From positions 3,697 through 67,696 of the forward strand of contig JBJXHC010000038.1 in NCBI GenBank assembly GCA_046160825.1: a stretch of 64,000 bases of DNA, written 5' to 3'. Of this stretch, positions 39,796 to 49,325 are shown piece by piece (the stretch's first letter is position 1; each line of letters opens with the position of its first letter). A model generated the notes under the pieces. It searched no databases. It was not told the origin of the DNA and worked only from the letters and a program-made list of their open reading frames with translations. A program made the translations under genes and the position numbers. The DNA is from Bacteroidota bacterium. GTDB lineage: Bacteria > Bacteroidota > Ignavibacteria > UBA10030 > UBA6906.

Positions 39796-41457
39796 TCATT
39801 TCATCATTGGCACGTTCACACCCTGGCTCTTCGCATTCTCAATCGCACGTTCATACCCTGCATCAGCATGACGGATAATTCCCATTCCCGGATCGTACGT
39901 GAGCACATGCTGTAATCTTGCTTCTGCTTCCTTGGTGCCATCAGCAACCACAACCATTCCCGCGTGGATGGAAAGTCCCATACCAACACCACCACCGTGA
40001 TGCACGCTTACCCAGCTTGCTCCACCGACTGCATTGAGCAACGCATTCAGGATGGGCCAATCGGCAATGGCGTCGCTGCCGTCTTTCATTTTCTCGGTCT
40101 CGCGGTTCGGTGAAGCGACAGAGCCACAATCCAAGTGATCGCGTCCGATGACAATCGGCGCTTTCACTTCTCCTCGTGCAACAAGGTCATTGAATATCTT
40201 CCCCATCTTTGCTCGCTCACCGTAGCCGAGCCAGCAAATCCGCGCCGGTAATCCCTGGAAGTGTATCTGCCTCTGCGCCTTCTCTATCCAGCGGCACAGC
40301 GGCTTGTTCTCCGGAAACGTCTCGAGAATAGCCCGGTCGGTTCGATAAATATCATCCGGCTCACCGGACAATGCCGCCCAACGGAATGGCCCTTTTCCAT
40401 CACAGAATAACGGTCGAATATACTCCGGCACAAAGCCAGGAATATCAAAAGCATTGGTCAAACCGTTTGCCAGCGCCTCACCGCGGATATTGTTGCCGTA
40501 ATCGAACGTTATTGCGCCCCTTTTCTGTAGGCCCAGCATAGCCTGTACATGTTCAACGATGGACGCCTGTGCAAGTTGCATGTACTTCTTCGGATCTGAT
40601 TTGCGGAGGGCAAGCGCTGCCTCATATGAAATGTGGGCGGGGACGTAACCGTTCAGCGTATCATGCGCCGATGTTTGATCGGTGAGAATATCAATCTTGA
40701 TGTTGCGAGCAAGAAGCTCCGGCAACACCTCGGCAGCATTCGCAAGCAGAGCAACGGACTTGGCTTCCTTGAGTTCTTTGGCGGTTTGCAAAATGAGCAA
40801 CGCTTCATCGAGTGATGTTGCCATCTCATCGACGTATCCGCTCTTGAGTCTCTTCTCGATGCGTGAGCGATCGACTTCAATAGCGAGACATGCTGCACCG
40901 TTCATCGTTGCGGCGAGAGGTTGCGCGCCTCCCATGCCCCCAAGTCCGGCGGTGACGAGGAGTCTGCCAGCAAGGCTCCCCCCATAATATTTCTCCGCAC
41001 ATGCAGCAAACGTTTCGTATGTCCCTTGGAGAATCCCTTGTGTGCCGATGTAAATCCAGCTCCCCGCGGTCATCTGACCGTACATCGTAAGGCCGAGAGC
41101 TTCGAGCCGACGGAACTCATACCCCGTCGCCCATTTGGGGACGAGCATACTGTTGGAGATGAGGACACGAGGAGCGTTCTCGTGCGTTTTGAAAATACCA
41201 ACGGGCTTACCGGATTGTACGAGCAGCGTCTCATCGTTTTCCAGGCTCTTTAAGCTGCGCACGATTGCATCGTAGCATTCCCAATTGCGTGCCGCTTTGC
41301 CGACGCCGCCGTAGACAATCAACTCATCTGGCTTTTCTGCAACGTCGGGATCAAGATTATTCATCAGCATACGTAGCGCTGCTTCCTGTATCCAGCCTTT
41401 GCAGGAGAGGGTGGTACCGTGGGGGGCTTTGATATTTGTCTTAGCTACGTCAAGCAT
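39796..41457 (-). CDS. hutU: Urocanate hydratase
   Basis: [23 protein letters not shown] and the rest of the sequence are HutU-like. The track ORF start (41517) was trimmed to Met 41457 because the extension [20 protein letters not shown] is a translated REP hairpin. Confidence 0.9.
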   Translation of the reverse strand: MLDVAKTNIKAPHGTTLSCKGWIQEAALRMLMNNLDPDVAEKPDELIVYGGVGKAARNWECYDAIVRSLKSLENDETLLVQSGKPVGIFKTHENAPRVLISNSMLVPKWATGYEFRRLEALGLTMYGQMTAGSWIYIGTQGILQGTYETFAACAEKYYGGSLAGRLLVTAGLGGMGGAQPLAATMNGAACLAIEVDRSRIEKRLKSGYVDEMATSLDEALLILQTAKELKEAKSVALLANAAEVLPELLARNIKIDILTDQTSAHDTLNGYVPAHISYEAALALRKSDPKKYMQLAQASIVEHVQAMLGLQKRGAITFDYGNNIRGEALANGLTNAFDIPGFVPEYIRPLFCDGKGPFRWAALSGEPDDIYRTDRAILETFPENKPLCRWIEKAQRQIHFQGLPARICWLGYGERAKMGKIFNDLVARGEVKAPIVIGRDHLDCGSVASPNRETEKMKDGSDAIADWPILNALLNAVGGASWVSVHHGGGVGMGLSIHAGMVVVADGTKEAEARLQHVLTYDPGMGIIRHADAGYERAIENAKSQGVNVPMMK

Positions 41458-41482
41458 GAGCAATGCTCCATTGATTTCCTTT

Positions 41483-41552
41483 GACTTGCCACGAGCTTCA
41501 GCTCGTGGATATTTCAAATGCCAAAATATACCAGAGGGCTTTAGCCAAATCC
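41483..41552. repeat. REP-like repeat, left copy (palindrome 41489-41508)
   Basis: The repeat sits in the hutU 5' leader and abuts the tnpA stop. Confidence 0.7.
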
Positions 41553-41563
41553 ATAAGGGGTCT

Positions 41564-42001
41564 CTAGCCCTTCCTCAAAGCGGTGAATCCATACTCTTTC
41601 AGAAATTCATCATATTCCTCTGCGAACGACTTCTTCCGGTGGTGTTCTTCCTGATTCTTGATATACTCCCTCACGATATCAATCGTCGAATCGCTTACTG
41701 ATACTGCAATATACTCATCTTGCCACTCAAGCTTCGTGGGCATGAGTTGTTGTTGATTGAACCAATGTGATGATTCTCCTTTGAGAAGCTGAGCCACCTT
41801 GGCAATGGACTGATCCGCTCCAAGAGAAATCAAGGAGTGAATATGCTCGATATGTCCATTGATGAAGTCGAGATAAATCCCTTTTGCACGGGCGTTCTCT
41901 CTGATATGTGTGAACAACTGCAATCTGATCTCTTTGCTTAAAAGCGGCTCCCGGTTTTTTATTGACCAGATCAGATGAATCCAGATTCTGAGATATGGCA
42001 T
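41564..42001 (-). CDS. tnpA: IS200/IS605-family Y1 (HuH) transposase, REP-associated tyrosine transposase-like
   Basis: It is 145 aa with a HuH motif (HIHSLISL), LLKGESSHW, a Tyr region ([11 protein letters not shown]) and [11 protein letters not shown], matching the TnpA_IS200 (PF01797) pattern. There is no tnpB partner. Confidence 0.85.
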   Translation of the reverse strand: MPYLRIWIHLIWSIKNREPLLSKEIRLQLFTHIRENARAKGIYLDFINGHIEHIHSLISLGADQSIAKVAQLLKGESSHWFNQQQLMPTKLEWQDEYIAVSVSDSTIDIVREYIKNQEEHHRKKSFAEEYDEFLKEYGFTALRKG

Positions 42002-42147
42002 TTTTGTGTTTGGGTTAAAACCCCCAGTGGTGGGGAGTTGGGTTTCTTGTCCACGACCTAAAGGTCGTGGCTAGTCCTTTGGGAAAACTTGACTCTCCGG
42101 ACGCTCGGCAGAGCGGAAAGGTTATGGCTTAGTCTTCATTGGGGCAT

Positions 42148-42214
42148 GACTTGCCACGAGCTTTAGCTCGTGGATTTCCGAAAGTCTCAAAACGCTGAGG
42201 GCTTTAGCCAAACC
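42148..42214. repeat. REP-like repeat, right copy (palindrome 42154-42173)
   Basis: It is a direct repeat of 41483-41552 and abuts the RidA lipoprotein stop. Confidence 0.7.
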
Positions 42215-42216
42215 TC

Positions 42217-42699
42217 TCACTCCCCCTTCCACGCCACCACCGCAATTTCCACGTTCGCCTGTCGTGGCAACTCGCTTACGGCAACAGCTGTACGGGCGGG
42301 ATAGCTCTCCTCCGGGAAATAGCCACCGTAGATCAGATTCATCTTCGGGTAGTCATTCATGTTCTTGAGATAGACCGTTGCGTTGATGACGTGGGATGAA
42401 TCGTACCCGGCGGCGCGGAGGATATGCATGAGGTTGTTCAGCACCTGCCGTGTTTCGGCTTCGATATTCTCGTTGCGCACCGCGCCGGTTTCCTGGTCGA
42501 GGGCGATCTGTCCTGAGACAAAAAGGAACGGGCCAACCCGCACCGCCGGACTGTACGGTCCGATCACATCTACAGGTTTCACAATTTGCTTTCCCTCGTA
42601 CCGGGACATTTCCTCCTGGACAATCTTCCGGATATTCTCCTCATCCGATCCGCAACCGAACAGAAGACACGATACCGCAATGATAGCAAGTTGTTTCAT
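42217..42699 (-). CDS. RidA/YjgF family protein with a lipoprotein signal (periplasmic or envelope-located)
   Basis: The lipobox is MKQLAIIAVSCLLFGCG. The RidA fold is indicated by PYSPAVRVGPFLFVSGQ and the C-terminal EIAVVAW. Confidence 0.8.
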   Translation of the reverse strand: MKQLAIIAVSCLLFGCGSDEENIRKIVQEEMSRYEGKQIVKPVDVIGPYSPAVRVGPFLFVSGQIALDQETGAVRNENIEAETRQVLNNLMHILRAAGYDSSHVINATVYLKNMNDYPKMNLIYGGYFPEESYPARTAVAVSELPRQANVEIAVVAWKGE

Positions 42700-42701
42700 G
42701 A

Positions 42702-43040
42702 TCAGTCTCCTGCGACGAGCGTAATCTCAAGACGTTCTTCGGAGGTCTCTTCATCCTTCACCACCTTGAACGAAACAACCGCATGAAGCGCAATCATCGT
42801 CGTTGCGTCATCGCTCTCAACGGTGATGAAATCAGTCCCCACCTTTGCAAGTTTGCCCAGATTGGTTTGTTTGCCCACGTGCTTCGCAAGCATCTCTTTG
42901 AACGTCCCGGCAGATTGTGTTGTCTTGGGTTTCTCCGTCTTCTGGGACTTCTGTGCAACTGCCGGCACAACAAGCAGGGCGCAAAAGAGAATGGCAACAA
43001 GTGTTTTCAACAACGATGATCGTTTCATGTGTTCCTCCAT
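42702..43040 (-). CDS. Small secreted hypothetical protein
   Basis: It has a signal peptide (KRSSLLKTLVAILFCALLVVPAVAQ) and is about 108-112 aa. It is tightly packed (a 2-nt gap) with the RidA gene. Confidence 0.5.
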   Translation of the reverse strand: MEEHMKRSSLLKTLVAILFCALLVVPAVAQKSQKTEKPKTTQSAGTFKEMLAKHVGKQTNLGKLAKVGTDFITVESDDATTMIALHAVVSFKVVKDEETSEERLEITLVAGD

Positions 43041-43056
43041 GTGAAAGTCACGACGG

Positions 43057-44337
43057 TTAGGCCAACGACTTCAACGCATCAACCAACTTCTGCACTTCCT
43101 CCCGGCTGTTATATATGTGAGTGGAAACTCGATTGCAATTCAGGCCATTCTCCGGCACCATCCGTGTGATAATTTTATGGTTCTCCAATAAGGTTTTCTG
43201 GAGGATATCATACGCAATATTCTTTAATCTGAATCCCAACACGGAGCCATACCCGCTGGCTTCATCTGGAGTCAGGATCTCCACCTTGTCGCCCATTGAC
43301 TGCAACTCCGAGCGCAGGACTGACGTAAGCGCCTGGCCGCGCCGCGTGACGTTCTCCATTCCGAGATGGTGCAGGAAGTCGATTGCTGCGCCCAGCCCGA
43401 CGTACAGCGCCGAATTCTGTGTGGCGAAGTCGTATTTGTGTGCATCCTTGCGGAACTCCAATGTTCCTTTCTGCAAATCCCATCCCGTATCTGAAAGCGC
43501 GCCCACCCAGTATGGCTCCACTTCGTCCTGAACTTCCTTCCTCACATAAAGAAACCCCGTGCCCTTCGGTCCCATCATCCATTTGTGACCGCACGTTGCA
43601 AGAAAATCGCAGCCCAGTTCCTTCACGTCCAGCGGCAACATACCGGGCGTGTGGGCAGCATCGAGCATCACGCGCAATCCCTTCTCATGCCCGAGCTGAC
43701 ATATCGCCTTTGCAGGAAGCACCTGTCCGATGGTGCAGGTGATATGCGGGACAGCGATAACCCGCGTACGTGGTGTGATCAGATCATTGATCCGGTTGAG
43801 AATTTCATCGGCCGTGGACGCGAGGGTAACCGGTTTAACCACGATGCCATCCCGGCGCGCACGTGCAAGCCACGGCACTGCATTGCCGGCATGTTCATGG
43901 TTCGTGAGGATTACTTCGTCACCGCGCTTCAACGGAAGTCCACACGCCACAACGTTGATTCCTTCGGTAACATTGTGGGTCAATGAAATCTCTTCCACGC
44001 TCGCATTGATGAAGCGTGCGATCTTCGCCCGTACATCTTCCCAGCCACCGTAGCGAGCGGTGCGGTCCACTTCCTCCATTTCCGTCTTCACTGCATCAAT
44101 AACGACGTAAGGTGAGGGCCCCATGGTGCCGTTATTCAGGAATACTGGTTCACGTCTCAGTGGAAACTGCTCGCGCACCATGCGCCAGAAATGTTCGTCA
44201 TCCTCCGGTACGCGCTGATCGTTACTCAGAATGTACTTTGCGCGCGCATCATCGGGAAATGCGTACAGCATCGCCCCGCCAAGCGCACCACCGGCAAATG
44301 TTCGGAGAAAAGATCGTCGTGTGGCAGAAGGAAGCAT
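43057..44337 (-). CDS. Tat-exported class-V aminotransferase-fold PLP enzyme (cysteine desulfurase / isopenicillin-N-epimerase-like)
   Basis: The twin-arginine signal is MLPSATRRSFLRTFAGGALGG...ARA. The class-V fold is shown by VPHITCTIG and a PLP-Lys region (ATCGHKWMMGPKGTGFLY). Confidence 0.8.
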   Translation of the reverse strand: MLPSATRRSFLRTFAGGALGGAMLYAFPDDARAKYILSNDQRVPEDDEHFWRMVREQFPLRREPVFLNNGTMGPSPYVVIDAVKTEMEEVDRTARYGGWEDVRAKIARFINASVEEISLTHNVTEGINVVACGLPLKRGDEVILTNHEHAGNAVPWLARARRDGIVVKPVTLASTADEILNRINDLITPRTRVIAVPHITCTIGQVLPAKAICQLGHEKGLRVMLDAAHTPGMLPLDVKELGCDFLATCGHKWMMGPKGTGFLYVRKEVQDEVEPYWVGALSDTGWDLQKGTLEFRKDAHKYDFATQNSALYVGLGAAIDFLHHLGMENVTRRGQALTSVLRSELQSMGDKVEILTPDEASGYGSVLGFRLKNIAYDILQKTLLENHKIITRMVPENGLNCNRVSTHIYNSREEVQKLVDALKSLA

Positions 44338-44340
44338 GGG

Positions 44341-44958
44341 TCACTCCTCAGTAACGGCAAGATGTGAATGAAATGGAAGCCCCGCATTGGCTTCAGGTTG
44401 TTCGACGGCCTCGGTCGGTAGTTTCTCAAATCCCCAACTGAGTGAATGGTTTCCGGAAGAATCCCGCGATACCACCACTACGGCAAACACGTCGGAAGTC
44501 CAATAGCTCCGCATCAATCGCTGGTCGCCATTTTCCTGCAACTCCTGATGGTAGTTTCCAAATTGCATGGTATAAAATGATTGCAGTCGTCCGTATGTTG
44601 TCGCGCTCGTCATGCTGTCACCGGTAATCACAAACGAATAACGAATCAATGCGTCATCCTCAAACTTCATCTCAACAATTGCGTCCCACCCGGTCATTAC
44701 ACGCATCGTTCCGGATGCAATACCCGTGAGAGCTTGACCAGGGGCCGATCCGTTTCGTACTTCACCGAGCGATGGAAACCTGAGCTTTACATCGTTGTAC
44801 GATAAACCCAAAGGAAGATGATTGATCATCAACAACTGTTCCCGCTCAACAGAAAGAGTATCAACACGGGGAGGGTGCGATTCACTTTGCCTTCCGCAAC
44901 CGAAGATGCACGTGAAAGCCCAGAAGCCAACAATGACATAGCTGAAGTGTATTCTCAC
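44341..44958 (-). CDS. Hypothetical lipoprotein
   Basis: The lipobox is FTCIFGCG. It is 205 aa with no recognisable domain. Confidence 0.5.
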   Translation of the reverse strand: MRIHFSYVIVGFWAFTCIFGCGRQSESHPPRVDTLSVEREQLLMINHLPLGLSYNDVKLRFPSLGEVRNGSAPGQALTGIASGTMRVMTGWDAIVEMKFEDDALIRYSFVITGDSMTSATTYGRLQSFYTMQFGNYHQELQENGDQRLMRSYWTSDVFAVVVVSRDSSGNHSLSWGFEKLPTEAVEQPEANAGLPFHSHLAVTEE

Positions 44959-45443
44959 AGACCAATCCCCCTGATAATTTCAGGTGACAGAAGCCAGAGC
45001 AGGTGTGATTCCGCACGCGAAGCCTTCACCTTCAGGCCCGCGACACTGCCAGGCTGAAAGGCGACATGCGATGTCCCGGAAAGCAAATAAGAAACGAACA
45101 TGCTCATATCCGGCTGATGGCCGACGGCTGCAATACTTCCATCGCCACTCAACGCAACCAATTCATCAAGCAGCGACTTCTGCCGGAAACCGGGTGCAAG
45201 ATGTTCCGAAACATGAAAGATCGGGTTGCGACTTATAGCACGTCCGATGATTCCACCGGTTTGCACCGCTCTCACCAAAGGACTTGTCACAACCACATTG
45301 ATATTCGGGTCGAGCCGGACGAGCGACTTCCCAACGATTTCGGCATCTGCTTCGCCCACCGTGCTGAGAGGGCGATCGAAGTCCCGCCGGATGATTCCGC
45401 CAAGGGCTACGGCCTCGGCGTGTCGTACAAGATAGAGATTCAT
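44955..45443 (-). CDS. sixA: Phosphohistidine phosphatase SixA (histidine phosphatase superfamily)
   Basis: LYLVRHAEA (RHG motif) is present and the protein is 162 aa. An ATGA overlap joins it to the downstream lipoprotein gene. Confidence 0.75.
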   Translation of the reverse strand: MNLYLVRHAEAVALGGIIRRDFDRPLSTVGEADAEIVGKSLVRLDPNINVVVTSPLVRAVQTGGIIGRAISRNPIFHVSEHLAPGFRQKSLLDELVALSGDGSIAAVGHQPDMSMFVSYLLSGTSHVAFQPGSVAGLKVKASRAESHLLWLLSPEIIRGIGL

Positions 45444-45460
45444 GATTCTTGCGGGTGGAG

Positions 45461-45970
45461 TTATGTCCCTAGTTTTGGATTGTGGGGAACAAACCGTATC
45501 GCTTGCGTGGTCAGCTCACGATGATTCACCCGCATCCCTTTGAGTGTGACGACCAATTCCTCTCCCGCAATCTTCAACCATGGATCGGCAAGTTTGGTTT
45601 GATCGACGTGCCCTTCCAATCTGAGTGTCTCTCTCCCGCCGGGCAACACAAATGGAATATCCATCGGAATGAACTTGTCGTTGTACCGGTAAGGAATATT
45701 ACGAGAGGCAATCTTCACGTATGCGAGAGAGAGATCAAGGGTATCTTTGCCGGAGTTGTGTATTTCGACAATAATGGACGTTGTTATTCCGTCGCCAATT
45801 TGATACGAAGCTGAAACTGTGTATGTCACTCTTCCGGAGACGGCCTTAGCAGTGTAGGTGGCGCAACGGCAATCATCATTGAGTGCGTGGTAGGGATATG
45901 TCGACGTGCAGCCGTTTACAAGAAAAATACCGGCCGCGAGCAGCGCCCATACTGTATGGATGCGCTTCAT
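45461..45970 (-). CDS. Hypothetical lipoprotein
   Basis: The signal with lipobox is MKRIHTVWALLAAGIFLVNGC. It is 169 aa. Confidence 0.5.
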   Translation of the reverse strand: MKRIHTVWALLAAGIFLVNGCTSTYPYHALNDDCRCATYTAKAVSGRVTYTVSASYQIGDGITTSIIVEIHNSGKDTLDLSLAYVKIASRNIPYRYNDKFIPMDIPFVLPGGRETLRLEGHVDQTKLADPWLKIAGEELVVTLKGMRVNHRELTTQAIRFVPHNPKLGT

Positions 45971-45977
45971 CGGAGGA

Positions 45978-47066
45978 CTATTTCTTCAGACGCTGGCGGG
46001 CTTTTATGTAGCCCGGCTTGATCACATCATAAATCAACCGGATGCGTTTGTTGTAGGGAATAAACGCGCTCTTCATGGAATTGATGGTGATTTTTTCCAG
46101 ATCATCCAGCGAGAGCTTGAAGACCTGGTGCGCTATTTTGAATTCCTTCGTCATCGTCGTATCACTCATCAGCTTGTCGTCGGTATTCAGTGTCACCCTG
46201 AATTTGTATTTGTGAAATACACCGAATGGATGTTCCTCCAGACTTTTTACCGCTCCGGTATCCACGTTGCTTGTCAGGCATATTTCCAGCGGTATGCGCT
46301 TGTCCAAGACGTACTGCGCCAGATAGCCCATTTTGACAATCTTATGTGGCTCGCGTTTATCAAGGCCGACATCCTCGATCAATCGCGTCGCGTGTCCGAT
46401 ACGGTGAGCACCACACCATTGAATAGCCTGCCAGATACTCTCCTTGCCAAACGCTTCGCCCGCGTGAATGGTAATATTGAAGTTCTCCCGTTGGATATAA
46501 TGAAATGCATCCACATGCTTCTTCGGTGGAAATCCACCCTCCTCGCCCGCCAAATCGAATCCCACGACTCCGCGTTCGCGATAATCCACTGCAAGCTCGG
46601 CCATCTCCTGGGAAAGACTCATGTTCCGCATCGCGCAGATGATCAGGCCATACTCAACGCCAAAATCCTTGTATCCGCGTTCAAGGCCCTTGAGAACGGC
46701 ATTCACCACACCATCCCAGTGCAGGCCCTTGTCCGTATGAAAGATCGGTGAGAAGCGAGTCTCGACATACACCACGCCGTCATTGTACATATCTTCCATC
46801 ATCTCATACGCAACCCGCTCCAACGCTTCCTCGGTTTGCATCACACCGCACGTGTGGGCAAAGCCTTCAAGGTAGAGAGGCAAACTTCCACGTTTTGCTC
46901 CCCGATGGAACCACTCCTGAAGCTCTCCTGCGTCCGATGTCGGAAGTTTGTCATACCCGATATCCTTCGCCAATTCAATCACTGTTTGGGGCCGGAGACC
47001 GCCATCGAGATGATCGTGGAGAAGAACTTTTGGTAGTGTTTGGATGAATCGGTCGGATAGTCGCAT
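45978..47066 (-). CDS. add: Adenosine deaminase
   Basis: LPKVLLHDHLDGGLRP, HAGE and SLNTDD motifs are present. The start was trimmed from track ORF 47282 to the MRLSDRF Met. Confidence 0.85.
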   Translation of the reverse strand: MRLSDRFIQTLPKVLLHDHLDGGLRPQTVIELAKDIGYDKLPTSDAGELQEWFHRGAKRGSLPLYLEGFAHTCGVMQTEEALERVAYEMMEDMYNDGVVYVETRFSPIFHTDKGLHWDGVVNAVLKGLERGYKDFGVEYGLIICAMRNMSLSQEMAELAVDYRERGVVGFDLAGEEGGFPPKKHVDAFHYIQRENFNITIHAGEAFGKESIWQAIQWCGAHRIGHATRLIEDVGLDKREPHKIVKMGYLAQYVLDKRIPLEICLTSNVDTGAVKSLEEHPFGVFHKYKFRVTLNTDDKLMSDTTMTKEFKIAHQVFKLSLDDLEKITINSMKSAFIPYNKRIRLIYDVIKPGYIKARQRLKK

Positions 47067-47236
47067 GGTGAGGCCGCTTTGAGTTACTGTGGTGAGAAGT
47101 TGAATGCTGTGGTCAAGGTAAGAACAACACCATAAAGAATCAATAAATTCAACGGGTTGACGGGATTTCAGGTTGACTTTCGACGAGCTTTTCTCTATCG
47201 TAACCACGTGATCTCTCACTCGCGAGCGCAACGAAG

Positions 47237-47428
47237 ATGCCGCAAAGCGGATCGCAGGGAAATAACAAGGTTGGTACCGCAATACACATCAAAGAAGTCA
47301 AACGGATGCTCATCGAGACCATCCCGCAGAGTTTTCGTGGTAACAAGACTGAGTCGGCCAACATCCTCGGCTTCAGCCTGAAAACTCTCCATACCAAAAT
47401 CCAGCAATACCAGATCAAGTCGAATTGA
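47237..47428 (+). CDS. Stand-alone Fis-type helix-turn-helix protein (63 aa)
   Basis: The C-terminal 45 aa (IKEVKRMLIETIPQSFRGNKTESANILGFSLKTLHTKIQQYQI) match the HTH_8/Fis family pattern (GNKTxAAxLLGISRKTLYRKLKxYGI). An in-frame stop lies 12 codons upstream, so this is not a truncated larger regulator. Confidence 0.5.
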   Translation: MPQSGSQGNNKVGTAIHIKEVKRMLIETIPQSFRGNKTESANILGFSLKTLHTKIQQYQIKSN

Positions 47429-48498
47429 GCACCCGGGCAGTTGCTTTCGCCACACTCCCCACTCCCGTTCGCCAATCGTCAATCACTCTTCTCTACCTCG
47501 TCGTCGCGCTGATCATCTTTGCGATGTGGGTGTGGAGTGCGGAAACAGTTCACACATCACTCAATGGTGATCCCCGGTCAAAACTCTCCGATTTGATTCA
47601 CGGTCGGGCACACAATCCCTTTGTACAGCGAGCGCTTGTTCCACTTTTGACTCGAGCCGTTCATCAGATCCTGCCGGCCACCTTGACGGGTGATTTAGAA
47701 CTTTATCTCTTCTCTATCCCAAAAGTCAAGAAGGAAATGTTGCGACTCGGCTGGGAAGAAGAATACTTTGTCGAGTCCCTCGTTGCACTTTCGTGGGCGT
47801 TTATTGCCTTGGCGGCGTTTCCGTTCGCTGTTCAGGCCCTGTGGAAGGCCATCTACTCCACATCGGAATTCGTGACAGCCATGGTTCCAGTGATTGCACT
47901 TCTCTCCCTGCCGCCATTCTTTCATGTAGGAACCCATTATGTGTATGATTTCCCATCATTGTTTCTCTTTACTGCCGTGCTTGTCTGCGTTGTCCGACGG
48001 GCTTGGTGGCTGAGTTATATTCCGTTCTTACTTGGTTGTTTGAACAAGGAAACAATCATCTTTGCTTCGTTGACCGGCATTATTCTGTACTGGCATGACC
48101 GTGAGAGGACCAGAATGGCGCGGCATGTGGCCGTGCAATTCTTGTTGTTCATCGTGGTCAAACTAATGTTGATGCAAGTCTTTTCGGGCAACCCAGGAAC
48201 CTCCGCCGAGTTTGCGCTGTACGCGAATATTCACCAACTCCTCCTGGGTTATGATGCAGTCCCACTCACCATGACGGCGACGCTGGTTGGGTTGATCGGC
48301 TACCGGTTCCGCACGAAACCTGTAGTGCTTCAAAAACTATTGTGGTTGGCCCTGCCGTTTTTTCTCTTACTGATGTTGTTCGGTCGCATCGGCGAGTTGA
48401 GGGTGATGTATGAGATCGTTCCGGTTGTGCTCTTTCTCATTCTTCACACTCTGTTCTTCGACGTATTCAAGTTCCGGTATGCGCCGGTTGAACCTTGA
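47425..48498 (+). CDS. Polytopic integral membrane protein of unknown function
   Basis: It is 357 aa with about 8-9 hydrophobic helices. An ATGA overlap joins it to the Fis-like gene. Confidence 0.6.
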   Translation: MSTRAVAFATLPTPVRQSSITLLYLVVALIIFAMWVWSAETVHTSLNGDPRSKLSDLIHGRAHNPFVQRALVPLLTRAVHQILPATLTGDLELYLFSIPKVKKEMLRLGWEEEYFVESLVALSWAFIALAAFPFAVQALWKAIYSTSEFVTAMVPVIALLSLPPFFHVGTHYVYDFPSLFLFTAVLVCVVRRAWWLSYIPFLLGCLNKETIIFASLTGIILYWHDRERTRMARHVAVQFLLFIVVKLMLMQVFSGNPGTSAEFALYANIHQLLLGYDAVPLTMTATLVGLIGYRFRTKPVVLQKLLWLALPFFLLLMLFGRIGELRVMYEIVPVVLFLILHTLFFDVFKFRYAPVEP

Positions 48499-48521
48499 AT
48501 CATCTGCGAACGGAGTAATAA

Positions 48522-49325
48522 ATGATCATACATATTTCGGCCCTCGATCTTCCGGAGCTTCGACCGTACCGCACACTGCGGAGACACCAGCAACACAAGG
48601 ACGATGGCATTTTTGTTACCGAAGGTGAGAAGGTCGTGCGACGCCTGCTTGCCTCCGATCTTCGGATCGTTTCCATTCTTGTAACACCCGAATGGCTGGC
48701 AGCTCTTTTTCCACCGGGATCTGAACCGACCTGCACCGTGTATGTGGCCGAGAAGCCTCTCCTTGATACCATTGCCGGCTTCCGGCTTCATCAGGGAATC
48801 ATGGCCGTGGGGAAACTTCCGGAAGAGAGACCGCTCGATGATGTGCTCGCTTCACTCCGCACGCCATTATTGATTGTGGCTCTGGATGGACTGATGAACG
48901 CCGAGAATGTGGGTGTGGTGGTGCGGAACTGCGCTGCATTCGGTGTGCAGGTTATTCTCGTTGGCCAGACATCGTGCAGTCCGTATTTGCGACGGGCAGT
49001 GCGTAACTCGGTGGGTGCGGCGTTCAAGATACCAATTGTTCACGTGAACGATCTTGCCGATGCCCTGTCACGAGTCAAGCAACGAACGAAAGCACGCATC
49101 GTTGCAACATCCCTGCATCAGAGCATATCGATCCATCAAGCCAAATTCACAGATGATCTCTGTCTGGTATTGGGAAATGAAGAAACAGGCGTCGCTTCGG
49201 ATGTTCTTGCCGTGTGCGATGAACGGGTGGCCATTCCCATGTTAAATGACACGGATTCGCTCAATGTTGCCAGCGCAAGTGCAGCGTTCCTCTATGAGGT
49301 ACAGCGCCAGCGGTCGCAGACTTAA
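48522..49325 (+). CDS. TrmH/SpoU-family RNA 2'-O-methyltransferase
   Basis: It has a SPOUT C-terminal domain (LVLGNEETGV, NVASASAAFLYE). Confidence 0.85.
   Translation: MIIHISALDLPELRPYRTLRRHQQHKDDGIFVTEGEKVVRRLLASDLRIVSILVTPEWLAALFPPGSEPTCTVYVAEKPLLDTIAGFRLHQGIMAVGKLPEERPLDDVLASLRTPLLIVALDGLMNAENVGVVVRNCAAFGVQVILVGQTSCSPYLRRAVRNSVGAAFKIPIVHVNDLADALSRVKQRTKARIVATSLHQSISIHQAKFTDDLCLVLGNEETGVASDVLAVCDERVAIPMLNDTDSLNVASASAAFLYEVQRQRSQT

Larger units (their letters stand above)
41483..42214. mobile_element. RAYT/IS200-like Y1-transposase unit: tnpA flanked by 66-bp hairpin-containing direct repeats
   Basis: The left repeat (41483-41552) and right repeat (42148-42214) share GACTTGCCACGAGCTTYAGCTCGTGGAT...GAGGGCTTTAGCCAAA at about 85% identity. 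Each contains the palindrome CCACGAGCT-N-AGCTCGTGG. A further hairpin CCACGACCTAAAGGTCGTGG lies at 42051-42070. Confidence 0.7.

Noticed and set aside
41458-41517. A 20-codon N-terminal extension of hutU in the ORF track ([20 protein letters not shown]).
   Set aside because: It is the translation of the REP hairpin. The conserved HutU alignment begins at the internal Met at 41457.
47067-47236. A purine riboswitch upstream of adenosine deaminase.
   Set aside because: The minus-strand leader lacks the purine-riboswitch conserved loops. It is more likely a plain divergent promoter region.
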